From NCBI GenBank assembly GCA_035277325.1, contig DATEKS010000065.1:1-59800 (forward strand): 59,800 nucleotides of DNA. The letters run 5' to 3'. Every line of letters starts with the position of its first letter. Position 1 is the first letter of the stretch. The DNA comes from Rhodanobacter sp. (GTDB lineage Bacteria > Pseudomonadota > Gammaproteobacteria > Xanthomonadales > Rhodanobacteraceae). Positions 40,941 to 50,800 of the stretch are shown one piece after another. Under the pieces are notes generated by a model. The model saw only the letters and a program-made list of their open reading frames with translations. It was not told the DNA's origin and searched no databases. The translations under genes and the position numbers were made by a program.

Positions 40941-42721
40941 GCCACCACCACCTCGCGCATCATCCCCGCCTCCATGTGGTAGAGCATGTGGCAGTGGTAC
41001 GCCCAGCGGCCCAGTGCGTTCGCGGTGACGCCGTAGGCAATGCGCTGTGCGGGCTGCACGTTGATGGTGTGCTTGCGCACCTGGAATTGCCCCTGCGGGT
41101 TCTCCAGCTCGCTCCACATGCCATGCAGGTGGATCGGGTGGTTCATCATGGTGTCGTTGACCAATACGATGCGCAGCCGCTCCCCGGCGCGGAAATGGAT
41201 GGGCTTCGCGTCGGAGAACTTCACGCCGTCGAAGGACCACATGTAGCGCTGCATGTTGCCGGTGAGGTGCAGCTCGATCTCGCGGCCGGGGTCGCGCGGG
41301 TCGATGGAGCCGCCGAGGGTGTGCAGGTCGGCGTACGTGAGTACGCGGCGGCCGTTGTCGCGCAGGCCGGCGCCTGGGTCGTCGAGATTCGTGCGCGGCA
41401 TGTCCACGCGCATGTCCACGCCTGGGTTGTGGTACTCGCTGCGGGCATGCTGCGCCTTGCTCCCCGCTCCCGTCGGGAGAGGGGTTGGGGGTGAGGGTTC
41501 GGGCAAGCCATGGGCGCCATGCTCCGCCCGTACCCTCTCCCGCCCTTCGGGCACCCTCTCCCGGAGGGAGAGGGGAGTCGCCCCCATCGCGCCCATCATG
41601 TCGACCATCGCCAGCGGCTTACGCGGGTCCATCACCGGCACCGCCGCGCTCATCCCCTCGCGCGGCGCCAGCGTGCCGCGTGCGTAACCGCTGCGATCCA
41701 TGGATTGCGCGAACACGGTGTAAGCGCGGTCGGCGGAGGGTTCCACGATCACGTCCAGGGTCTCGGCCACGGCGATGCGGAACTCGTCCACGCTCACCGG
41801 CTCCACGTCCTGGCCGTCGGCGGCCACCACGGTCATCCTCAGGCCGGGGATGCGCACGTCGAAGATCGTCATCGCCGAACCGTTGATGAAGCGCAGCCGC
41901 ACCTTCTCGCCGCACCGGAACAGGCCAGTCCAGTTGCCGGCCGGCGCACAACCATTCATCAGGTAGGTATAGGTGGCGCCGCCCACGTCGGCGAGGTCGC
42001 GCGGGCTCATGCGCATGCGGTTCCACATGCGCCGCTCGGCCAGCGCCTGGCGCAGCCCCCGCTCGCGTACGTCGCGCAGGAATTCCGGCGCGGTGGGCTC
42101 GGCGTAGTTGTAGTAGTCGCCCTGCTTCTTCAGGTGCGCGTAGATCGCCATCGGATCCTCGTCCGTCCAGTCGTTGAGCATCACCACGTAATCGCGGTCA
42201 GTCGGGAAGCGTTCGCCGCCGGCCGGCTCGATCACGATGGGGCCGTACAGCCCGGTCTGCTCCTGGTAACCGGAGTGGCTGTGGTACCAGTAGGTGCCGC
42301 TCTGCCGCACCGGGAAGCGGTAGATGAAACTCTCGCCCGGCGCGATGCCGGGGAAGCTGATGCCGGGCACGCCGTCCATCTGGAACGGCAGCAGGATGCC
42401 GTGCCAGTGGATCGAACCGGGCACGCGCAAACGGTTGGTCACGCGCAGCGTCACCGTATCGCCCTCGCGCCAGCGCAGCAGCGGCGCGGGCAGCTGGCCA
42501 TTCACCACGGTGGCGATGCGCTTGCGCCCGGTGAAATCCACCGGCAGCTCGCCGATGGCGAGGTCGAAATGCGTGCCGCGCAATTCGCGGCGCGGTGCGG
42601 CGCCCTGCGCCAACGTGGTGCCGGCGCACAAGCCCAGCCCGGCGGCCACGCCGCCCAGCGCCAGGCCTTGCACGAAACGTCGGCGCGACAGCTGTACGTC
42701 GCGCGGGTCCTGCCTGTTCAT
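40937..42721 (-). CDS. copA: Copper-resistance multicopper oxidase (Tat-exported) carrying an in-frame repeat insertion
   Basis: SRRRFVQG Tat motif; HWHG, WYHSH, HPIHLHG, HCHMLYHM copper motifs. Confidence 0.95.
   Translation of the reverse strand: MNRQDPRDVQLSRRRFVQGLALGGVAAGLGLCAGTTLAQGAAPRRELRGTHFDLAIGELPVDFTGRKRIATVVNGQLPAPLLRWREGDTVTLRVTNRLRVPGSIHWHGILLPFQMDGVPGISFPGIAPGESFIYRFPVRQSGTYWYHSHSGYQEQTGLYGPIVIEPAGGERFPTDRDYVVMLNDWTDEDPMAIYAHLKKQGDYYNYAEPTAPEFLRDVRERGLRQALAERRMWNRMRMSPRDLADVGGATYTYLMNGCAPAGNWTGLFRCGEKVRLRFINGSAMTIFDVRIPGLRMTVVAADGQDVEPVSVDEFRIAVAETLDVIVEPSADRAYTVFAQSMDRSGYARGTLAPREGMSAAVPVMDPRKPLAMVDMMGAMGATPLSLRERVPEGRERVRAEHGAHGLPEPSPPTPLPTGAGSKAQHARSEYHNPGVDMRVDMPRTNLDDPGAGLRDNGRRVLTYADLHTLGGSIDPRDPGREIELHLTGNMQRYMWSFDGVKFSDAKPIHFRAGERLRIVLVNDTMMNHPIHLHGMWSELENPQGQFQVRKHTINVQPAQRIAYGVTANALGRWAYHCHMLYHMEAGMMREVVVA
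41460..41577. repeat. REP-like doublet (CCCTCTCCC family) inside copA
   Basis: Colinear with the intergenic copy at 8076-8183, including GGGAGAGGGGTTGGGG, GTGAGGGT, CGCCCGTACCCTC and GGCACCCTCTCCC-N3-GGGAGAGGG. Confidence 0.9.
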
Positions 42722-42836
42722 CCTTCACTCCTGCGCGGAATCCCGGGGATTCCGGGTGGCGTCGCCGCACACGCGGCAACGGGCCTGCACACGGGCAGGC
42801 GGTCAGCCGACACGCGTCGGCACGAGCGGGAGCGGA
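42722..42836 (-). promoter_or_regulatory. Structured copL-copA intergenic leader with anti-SD
   Basis: On the minus strand TCCGCTCC follows the stop and can pair with the SD GGAGTG; four short hairpins lie between them. Confidence 0.55.
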
Positions 42837-43187
42837 TCAGGCCAGTGGCGGTCGCAAGGGAGGTGCGTGGGGAAGCTCGGGTGCCGCGCTCGGCCATGCC
42901 GGCCACGCAATCACGGCAAAGCGCACCGACCAGGCCGGCGCGGCCAGCTCAGGCAAGGTCGCCGCCGTCATGTGCGCACAGGCGCAGCCGGCCTGCGCAC
43001 CGTCCGCGTGCAGGGGCGTCGGCACACCGTCGTGATGCGTCATCGTCGCCGCCCCTGCCATGCCGGCCATATCCGCGCAGCAATCGGCTTGCGCGAACAC
43101 CGCGCCGACCAAGCCCAGCCACGCGCACAACGCCAGCATGAAAAGCAGGCGGCAACGGCGCAGGTGGCGGAGATACGGGCGGGGCAT
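42837..43187 (-). CDS. copL: CopL-like copper-responsive leader protein
   Basis: Signal-like N-terminus, DCCADM, HHDG and CACAH metal ligands, C-terminal PPLRPPLA; directly upstream of copA. Confidence 0.7.
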   Translation of the reverse strand: MPRPYLRHLRRCRLLFMLALCAWLGLVGAVFAQADCCADMAGMAGAATMTHHDGVPTPLHADGAQAGCACAHMTAATLPELAAPAWSVRFAVIAWPAWPSAAPELPHAPPLRPPLA

Positions 43188-43296
43188 GCGGTGAGCATAG
43201 CCACGCCGCGCGCACGCGCTCAACTCTGGACCGGGCTTCATGCGGCCTGCACGGTGTCCGCAGCCTATACTTGCGCACCCTCCAGCCGTGACCGCC

Positions 43297-44226
43297 ATGA
43301 ACTATCGCCACGCCTATCATGCGGGCAATTTCGCCGACGTCCTGAAGCACGCCGTGCTGCTGGCGCTGATCGAGGCGCTGAAGCTCAAGCCCGCACCGTT
43401 CTGCGTCATCGACACCCACGCCGGCAGCGGCTGCTACACGCTGGATGGCACCGAGGCCGACAAGACCGGCGAATACAAGGACGGCATCGCCCGCCTGCTG
43501 TTCCCCGACCTGCACGGCGGCGACGCCCATGCCGCCGCGCTGCCGCCGCTGCTGCGCCGCTGGCTGGATGCCATCCTCGCCCTGCCCGGCAACGAGCACG
43601 GACTGAAGCTCTATCCCGGCTCGCCACTGCAGGCCGCGCTGGCGATGCGCGATGTCGACGGTGCGCAACTGTGCGAACTGCACCCGGAGGAAGCCGCACG
43701 GCTGCGCGAACTGTTCCGCCGCGACGCACGCATGCACGTGCACGAACGCAACGGCTACGAGGCACTGAAAGCGCTGCTTCCGCCGCAGGAAAAGCGCGGC
43801 CTGGTGCTGATCGATCCGCCCTACGAGGCGCAGGAGGCCGAGTACCGGCTGATCGAGCACGCGCTGAAGGAAGCACTGCAGCGCTGGTCCGGCGGCATCT
43901 ATGCCGTCTGGTATCCGATCAAGCGGCGCAGCCAGGTACAGCCCTTCCTGCGCTGGCTTTCGCATTGCGGCGCCAAGCGCGTGCTGCGGGCGGAACTGCT
44001 GGTGCACGGCGACGACTCGCCGCTGCGCCTCAACGGCTCCGGCATGGCGATCATCAACGCGCCCTGGCAGCTCGACGAGACCCTGCGCGAACCGCTGCGC
44101 GCGATGGCGCGCCTGCTCGCGCAGGAGCGTCCCGCCGAATGGAAGCTGGACTGGCTGGTGGACGAAGCCGCCCCCGTGCCGCCCGCGAGAACCGCGAAGC
44201 TACTGCCGTCGCCGCGCCGTCGCTAA
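43297..44226 (+). CDS. rlmJ: 23S rRNA m6A2030 methyltransferase
   Basis: MNYRHAYHAGNFADVLKH, DTHAGSG, YPGSP, LIDPPYE, WYPIK. Confidence 0.95.
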   Translation: MNYRHAYHAGNFADVLKHAVLLALIEALKLKPAPFCVIDTHAGSGCYTLDGTEADKTGEYKDGIARLLFPDLHGGDAHAAALPPLLRRWLDAILALPGNEHGLKLYPGSPLQAALAMRDVDGAQLCELHPEEAARLRELFRRDARMHVHERNGYEALKALLPPQEKRGLVLIDPPYEAQEAEYRLIEHALKEALQRWSGGIYAVWYPIKRRSQVQPFLRWLSHCGAKRVLRAELLVHGDDSPLRLNGSGMAIINAPWQLDETLREPLRAMARLLAQERPAEWKLDWLVDEAAPVPPARTAKLLPSPRRR

Positions 44227-44268
44227 GCTCACTGCACCGCTGTTGCGATCTTCGTCCTGGAGTCCGCC

Positions 44269-44778
44269 ATGCGCCACGTCACCCTCTCCGCCCGTATCAT
44301 CCTGCCCGCCCTGCTGCTCGGCCTCGCCGCTTGCGCGCCCGCGCCGATCTACAAGGTCGCACCAGGCACCATCGCTGCCACGCCGATGCAGGCGGCGCAG
44401 GCGCCGGAGCAATACGCGCACGGCCAGGTGATCTGGGGCGGCCGCGTGGTGGACGTGCGCAACCTGCCCGACCACAGCGAGATCGAGATCCTCGCCTATC
44501 CGCTGGACTCCTCGCAGCGACCGAAATTCGGTGCCGGCGGCAACGGTCGCTTCATCGCCCTGATGCCAGGCTACGCCGAGCCGATGAACTACCCGAATGG
44601 CGCACCGATCACCGTCGACGGCCAGCTCGCCGGCAGCCGCGCCGGCAAGGTTGGCGAGGCCGACTACGTGTTCCCGCTGGTGCAGACCGCGCAATCGCAC
44701 GTGTGGACCGCCGATGAAATGCGCAGCGGGCATCCGAATGTCAGCTTCGGTGTGGGATTGGGCGTGGGCATCCGCTGA
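44269..44778 (+). CDS. Slp-family outer-membrane lipoprotein
   Basis: Lipobox LAAC; VIWGG, EILAYPLD, GRFIA. Confidence 0.85.
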   Translation: MRHVTLSARIILPALLLGLAACAPAPIYKVAPGTIAATPMQAAQAPEQYAHGQVIWGGRVVDVRNLPDHSEIEILAYPLDSSQRPKFGAGGNGRFIALMPGYAEPMNYPNGAPITVDGQLAGSRAGKVGEADYVFPLVQTAQSHVWTADEMRSGHPNVSFGVGLGVGIR

Positions 44779-44948
44779 CGCCGGGGCCGGACACGCGAAT
44801 TGCGCAAGATTGACGCGTGATCGCCGACGAAGTCCCGGATCGAGTCGACGCTCATCGAGTGGCACCGGATACGTTTTGCGCAACGACCTCTACGCATGCA
44901 AGACGTCAACGCCCTCGGGATGAAACAGCGCAGCGGCAGGAATGACTG

Positions 44949-44979
44949 GACGTGCTGCCACCACTGGCGGCAGCACGTC
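44949..44979. terminator. Hairpin after the minus-strand membrane gene
   Basis: GACGTGCTGCC...GGCAGCACGTC; no clear U-tract. Confidence 0.4.
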
Positions 44980-44990
44980 ACTCTCCTCTC

Positions 44991-45656
44991 CTACGCCACG
45001 CGGTTGCGCACGACGCGCCGACTCTGCATAAGTGCCGCAATGTGCAGCATGAGGAACAGCGGCACGAGAAATGCCGGGACCATCAGCAGCGGCAGCATTG
45101 CCATCGGGGCAGTCGTGATCTCGCCGGGTGCTCCCGTGGACAAGGTGGCGCCCAAGGTTCCGAGGCCGATCGCCAGCACGAGATCGAGCATGCCGAGCAC
45201 GTTCCAGCGGACGAAGGCGGAACTGGCGGCAAAGTCAGGCTGACGCACGAGGGCGAGGATCATCCACGGGGCAGCGAAACCGATGGCCATGTCCCCGAGA
45301 CCGGCAGGCAAGGCGAACATGGCCGGCAGCACGCGATGCGCATACAGGAACAGGAAACCCAGGCCTGCCCATCGCCACGCCTGCATGCCCACGATCAGGC
45401 GAAGATCGAGCGACAGCACGAAGGCGCGGAAGGCCGACGAGAACCGCAGCCAGGCAAGAAAAAGAAGCAATGGGATCCCGATCCCCATGGCGATAGCAAC
45501 GGGCGGCTGCCCGGGACGTCCGACAAAGGCGCCGGACGCGCCAAGCGACACGACGAGCGCGAACCATGCGGACAGGGCCAGGACGATGCCCAGGCGGATA
45601 CCACCGGCTCCTGCGGGCTGCGAATTGACCGGATGCGGAAGAACCGTGGCTGACAT
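44991..45656 (-). CDS. Uncharacterised multi-pass membrane protein
   Basis: AAGGAG SD; about 6 hydrophobic segments; QAWRWAG, FALPAGLGD, WNVLGMLD, PAFLVP...H. Confidence 0.75.
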   Translation of the reverse strand: MSATVLPHPVNSQPAGAGGIRLGIVLALSAWFALVVSLGASGAFVGRPGQPPVAIAMGIGIPLLLFLAWLRFSSAFRAFVLSLDLRLIVGMQAWRWAGLGFLFLYAHRVLPAMFALPAGLGDMAIGFAAPWMILALVRQPDFAASSAFVRWNVLGMLDLVLAIGLGTLGATLSTGAPGEITTAPMAMLPLLMVPAFLVPLFLMLHIAALMQSRRVVRNRVA

Positions 45657-45670
45657 GAAAGCTCTCCTTC

Positions 45671-45733
45671 AGTTACTTGCATTTTGCAAGCCTGTAGCAA
45701 GTTAACCCACATGCTTGCATAATGCAAGTAACT
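45671..45733. promoter_or_regulatory. Twin inverted operators for the HxlR-type regulator
   Basis: AGTTACTTGCATTTTGCAAGC (45671-45691) and GCTTGCATAATGCAAGTAACT (45713-45733) match at 20/21 as inverted repeats; each holds CTTGCA-N3-TGCAAG. Confidence 0.75.
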
Positions 45734-45762
45734 TGCTGGACAGCGTATGGAGGACTGACTGG

Positions 45763-46176
45763 ATGAGCACCGACAAGCATTTCGCGCGCTCCGCCTGCGC
45801 GGTCGCCAATTCGCTCGACATCGTGGGCGACAAATGGTCACTGCTGGTGGTGCGCGACATGCTGCACGGCAAGAGCACCTACGGTGAGCTCGCGAACTCG
45901 CCGGAACACATCCCGACCAACATCCTCGCGGAACGCCTCAAGCGTCTGGAGGCCGCTGGCATCATCGTCGGCACTCCCTACCAGGAACGTCCGGTGCGTT
46001 ACGCCTACACGCTCACTCCGAAGGGCAAGGCCTTGGGCGATGTACTTCTCGCATTCGTGCGCTGGGGCAAACAATACATACCGGGAACGGTGGTGATGGG
46101 CCAGTCGCCGGCCAGCAGCCGGACTGCAACACCAGTGGCAACGTCGCGGCGCCAGCGCGCAAAACCGGTGAAGTGA
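45763..46176 (+). CDS. HxlR-family winged-helix regulator
   Basis: CAVANSLDIVGDKWSLLVVRD, NILAERLKRL, YTLTPKG. Confidence 0.9.
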   Translation: MSTDKHFARSACAVANSLDIVGDKWSLLVVRDMLHGKSTYGELANSPEHIPTNILAERLKRLEAAGIIVGTPYQERPVRYAYTLTPKGKALGDVLLAFVRWGKQYIPGTVVMGQSPASSRTATPVATSRRQRAKPVK

Positions 46177-46308
46177 GGCAGCAGCCCGCGACGACGGCTG
46201 GCCATGCCCGCCCGCCAGCTCGTGTCCGGCATGGCCCTGCGGAAATCCGCGACAGCCCTGCGCACTACAATGGCCGCCGTCCCCTGTCCCAAACCCGCAT
46301 GTCCGACC

Positions 46309-46851
46309 ATGCCGACGTCGCGCACCACTCCATTCACCGCCCACCCCATTGCCCACGTGCGCTCGCCCTATGCGCGACGCATCGACGCGCCACATCAGTC
46401 GGTCGTGGTGGCGGGCACCGAGACGGGTACCGAGGCGGAGGCGCGCATCGAGTTCGTGGAAGGGCTGCCTGATGAGGCGTTTCGCGACCTCGCCGGTTTC
46501 GAGCGGATCTGGCTGATCTTCGTGTTCGACCGCAGCGAGGGCTGGAAGCCGCAGGTGCGCCCCCCGCGTGGCGGCGGCAAGCGCGGCGTGCTGGCCACGC
46601 GCTCGCCGCACCGGCCCAATGCGATCGGTTTGTCCGCGGTGGAACTGGTGGCAGTGGAGGAGCATGCGCTGCGCGTGCGCGGCGTAGACCTGCTGGACGG
46701 CACACCCATCCTCGACATCAAGCCGTATGTGCCCTACGCCGATGCCTTCCCGGAGGCGCGGGCGGGCTGGATCGACGTGATCGACGCGGCACAAGGCCGG
46801 CATTCCGCGCCCGGCCCGAAACGACCGCGCAAGCCTCTGGGCAGCGGCTGA
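46309..46851 (+). CDS. trmO: tRNA m6t6A37 methyltransferase TrmO/TsaA (single domain; start uncertain)
   Basis: GVLATRSPHRPNAIGLS, DLLDGTPILDIKPY. Confidence 0.85.
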   Translation: MPTSRTTPFTAHPIAHVRSPYARRIDAPHQSVVVAGTETGTEAEARIEFVEGLPDEAFRDLAGFERIWLIFVFDRSEGWKPQVRPPRGGGKRGVLATRSPHRPNAIGLSAVELVAVEEHALRVRGVDLLDGTPILDIKPYVPYADAFPEARAGWIDVIDAAQGRHSAPGPKRPRKPLGSG

Positions 46852-46956
46852 GCCTGAACCGCAGGCCTTGCGCGACTGTGGCAAAGCGGCGCAAAGCCTT
46901 GCTTCCAGACGCGGCCCGGTTCATGCTGCACTGCACACATACGCAGAAGTATTGAA

Positions 46957-47559
46957 ATGATCTCCGCCAGCCTGCGCTCGATCACCCCGCAACCGCCGTT
47001 GCCCCCGCGCAGCCGCGATCGCTACGCCCCCGCCCTAGCCGTGCACACCACCCACGGCGAGCGCATGCGCACACGCGACGGTCGCGAGCTGTGGCTGCGC
47101 GACATCGAGCCTGGCGATGTGGCGGCACTGCGGCGCTGCTTCACCCGGCTGTCGCCGGAGGACATCCGCCGTCGCTTCCTGCACGCAATGTCCGAGCTGC
47201 CTGCACCGATGGCACAGCGCCTGTGCAACATCGATCCAGCGCTTGAAACCGCCCTCGTGCTGGTGGATGAAGCGGTCCGCCCCGCCGAGATCCGCGGCGT
47301 GGGCCGCATCTACGTGGACGAAGCAGCCGACAGCGCCGAATTCTCGGTGATCGTGGAACGCGACTGGAGCCGCATCGGCCTCGGCGCGTTGCTGATGCAG
47401 CGGCTGGTGGACGACTGCCGCCGCCGCGGCCTCGCCGAACTCTGGGGCTACGTACTGCTGGAAAACCGTCCGATGCTGGAGCTGTGCCGCGAGCTGGGCT
47501 TCGCCCAGCGCCTGATGCCGGACGAGCCGGGCACGGCGCAGATCACGCTGCAGCTGTAA
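46957..47559 (+). CDS. GNAT acetyltransferase (resembles the GNAT domain of Pat-type enzymes)
   Basis: LSPEDIRRRF, GVGRI, AEFSVIV, GLGALLM, ENRPMLELCRELGF. Confidence 0.85.
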   Translation: MISASLRSITPQPPLPPRSRDRYAPALAVHTTHGERMRTRDGRELWLRDIEPGDVAALRRCFTRLSPEDIRRRFLHAMSELPAPMAQRLCNIDPALETALVLVDEAVRPAEIRGVGRIYVDEAADSAEFSVIVERDWSRIGLGALLMQRLVDDCRRRGLAELWGYVLLENRPMLELCRELGFAQRLMPDEPGTAQITLQL

Positions 47560-47570
47560 CGCACTTTGCT

Positions 47571-47739
47571 CCCTCTCCCCCACGGGGAGAGGGCTGGGGT
47601 GAGGGGCCATGCTTGCCTCGCCGCAAAACCGAAGCGGGCTCCGTAGGCGACATTCCCGCAAGCACCCGCTCCTCTCCTCGCTCCTCAAAGCCGGTGCCAT
47701 CCATGGCACCTCCCCGCGTGCCCCAAAGGGGAGAGGAGG
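47571..47739. repeat. Composite repeat: CCCTCTCCC-family arms enclosing an NGGA-loop palindrome
   Basis: CCCTCTCCCC-CAC-GGGGAGAGGGCTGGGGTGAGGGG (47571-47606), GGTGCCA-TCCA-TGGCACC (47693-47710), CCCCAAAGGGGAGAGG at the end. Confidence 0.75.
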
Positions 47740-47825
47740 AAAGGCCAACCCCGCGCGTCACGCTACACTTGAGCGCTTTCCCGGCGCAGCCTCACGCTTG
47801 CGCCCCCCCAAGCGCCAACGTGTCC

Positions 47826-50800
47826 ATGCCCGCTCCGATCCCGCATCCCCCGCTCCCCACCACCCCGAAGCAGCGCCGCTACTGGACGCCGCCGCACGGC
47901 TCCGCACGTGCCTTGCTGCTGGCCGAGGCGGCACGCTCGCACGACGGCCTGCTGGTCGCGGTGACGCGCGACACCCAGCGCGCCTCGGCGCTGGAGGACG
48001 AACTGCGCATCTTCGCCGGCGACCTGCCGGTGCTGCACTTCCCGGACTGGGAAACCCTGCCCTACGACGTATTCAGCCCGCACCCGGAGATCGTCTCACA
48101 GCGCATCGCCACGCTGTACCGCCTGCCTGGCGTGAAGCGCGGCGTGCTGGTGGTGCCGGTGGCCACGCTGATGCAGCGCATCGCGCCGCGCTCGCACATC
48201 ACCGGCTCCGGCCTCGTGGTGGCGAAAGGACAGAAATTCGACCTCGCCACCGAGCAGCGCCGGCTTGAGGCCAGCGGCTACCGCAACGTGCCGCAGGTGG
48301 CCGAACCCGGCGACTTCGCCGTGCGCGGCGCGCTGATCGACATCTATCCGATGGGCGCGGACCAGCCCTACCGCATCGAGCTGTTCGACGACGAGGTCGA
48401 CTCCATCCGCAGCTTCGATCCGGAAACGCAGCGCTCCGCGCAAACCGTGGAACGCGTGGAGCTGCTGCCCGCGCGCGAATTCCCGCTCACCGAGAACGCG
48501 GCGAAGGATTTCCGCAACGCGCTGCGCGAACGCTTCCCGATCGACGTGCGCCGCTGCCCGCTGTACCAGGACATGAAGGAAGGCGTGACGCCGGGCGGCA
48601 TCGAGTACTACCTGCCGCTGTTCTTCCCTGTGAAGAGTCCGCACATGGATGTGCGGGGTGTTGCGGAGGATCTGCACACAGGTACAGCCACGCTGTTCGA
48701 CTACCTGGCCGACGACGCGCTGTTCGTGCTGGGCGAAGGCGCGGGCGAGGCCAGCGAGGCCTTCCACGCCCAGACCGCCGAACGCTACGACCAGCGCGCC
48801 CACGACATCGAGCGCCCGGTGCTGCCGCCGGCCGAGCTGTACCTGTCGCCCGAGCAGCTGCGCGAGCAGTTGAACAGGCGCCTGCGCGTGGAAGTCGTCG
48901 AAAGCGGCCACGCGCACGCGGTCGACGCCGGCACCCAGCCCGCGCCGGAACTGCCGCTCAACCGCAAGGGCGAGGAACCGGGCACCTCGCTGCGGCACTT
49001 CCTGGAAAACTACCCCGGCCGCGTGCTGGTTGCCGCCGATTCGGCGGGACGGCGCGAGGCGCTGGTGGAGATGCTGGCAGGTGCGGGACTCAAGCCCGCG
49101 CATATCGACGGCTGGCAGGCTTTCCTTGCCGCCTCCGCGGCGGCGGACGCACCGCGCTTCGCCATCACCATCGCCCCGCTGGAACAGGGCTTCGCGCTGA
49201 CGAAACCCGCGCTCACCGTGCTCACCGAGCGCGAGCTGTTCGGCGAGCGCGTGCGTACCGAACGTCGCAAGCGCCGCGGCGCGGCGCGCGATCCCGACGC
49301 GATCATCCGCGACCTCACCGAGCTTTCCGTCGGCTCGCCCATCGTGCACGTGGACCACGGCGTGGGCCGCTACCAGGGCCTGCTGTCGATGGAACTGGGC
49401 GGCATGGAGGGCGAGTTCCTCGTCATCGAGTACGCCAAGGGCGACAAGCTCTATGTGCCGGTGGCCCAGCTCGGCCTGGTCAGCCGTTACTCCGGCACCG
49501 CGCCGGAGCTGGCGCCGCTGCACTCGCTGGGCGGCGACGCCTGGGAGCGCGCGCGCAGGAAGGCCGCGGAGAAGGTGCGCGACGTGGCGGCGGAGCTCCT
49601 GGCCATCTACGCCCAGCGCGAGGCGCGCGGCGGCGAATCGCTGTCCATCGACCGCCAGCTGGTGGAGGAATTCGGCGCCAGCTTCCCGTTCGAGGAAACG
49701 CCGGACCAGGAGCAGGCCATCGACGCCGTGCTGCGCGACCTCGCCGCGCCACGCGCGATGGACCGCGTGATCTGCGGCGACGTCGGCTTCGGCAAGACCG
49801 AGGTGGCGCTGCGTGCCGCCTTCGCCGCCGCCACCGCGGGCAAGCAGGTGGCGGTGCTGGTGCCCACCACCCTGCTCGCCCAGCAGCACTACCGCAACTT
49901 CGCGGACCGTTTCGCCGACTGGCCGGTGAAGGTGGACGTGCTGTCGCGCTTCAAGTCGACCAAGGAAGTGAACGAGGCGCTGAAGCGTCTGGCCGACGGC
50001 CAGATCGACGTGATCGTGGGCACGCACAAGCTGCTGCAGCCGGACATCAGGTTCAAGAACCTCGGACTGGTCGTGGTCGACGAGGAGCAGCGCTTCGGCG
50101 TGCGCCAGAAGGAGCAGCTGAAGAAGCTGCGCGCGGAAGTCGACCTGCTCACCATGACCGCCACGCCGATCCCGCGCACGCTGAACATGGCGATGAGCGG
50201 GTTGCGCGACCTCTCGCTGATCACCACGCCACCGGCGCACCGCATGGCCGTGCGCACCTTCATCTCGGCATGGGACCCGGCCACCATCCGCGAGGCCTTC
50301 CAGCGCGAGCTGCAGCGCGGCGGCCAGGTGTATTTCCTGCACAACGAGGTGGAGAGCATCGAGCGCACCGCGCGCGAACTGGAGGAACTGATCCCAGACG
50401 CGCGCATCGGCGTGGCCCACGGCCAGATGGCCGAGCGCGAACTGGAACGCGTGATGGCGGACTTCCACCGCCAGCGCTTCAACGTGCTGGTGTGCACCAC
50501 CATCATCGAGACCGGCATCGACATCCCGACCGCCAACACCATCATCATCGACCGCGCCGACCGCTTCGGCCTGGCCCAGCTGCACCAGCTGCGCGGCCGC
50601 GTAGGCCGCTCGCACCACCGCGCCTACGCCTACCTGATCGTGCCCGACCGCAAGGCGATCACCGCCGATGCGGAGAAACGCCTCGAAGCGCTGGCCTCGC
50701 TGGAAGAACTCGGCGCGGGCTTCACCCTCGCCACGCACGATCTCGAAATCCGCGGCGCGGGCGAGTTGCTCGGCGACGAACAATCCGGCCAGATCCAGGA

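Noticed and set aside
47484-47825. N-terminal extension of Mfd in the ORF track
   Set aside because: Read-through of the GNAT end and intergenic repeats; the plausible start is ATG 47826.
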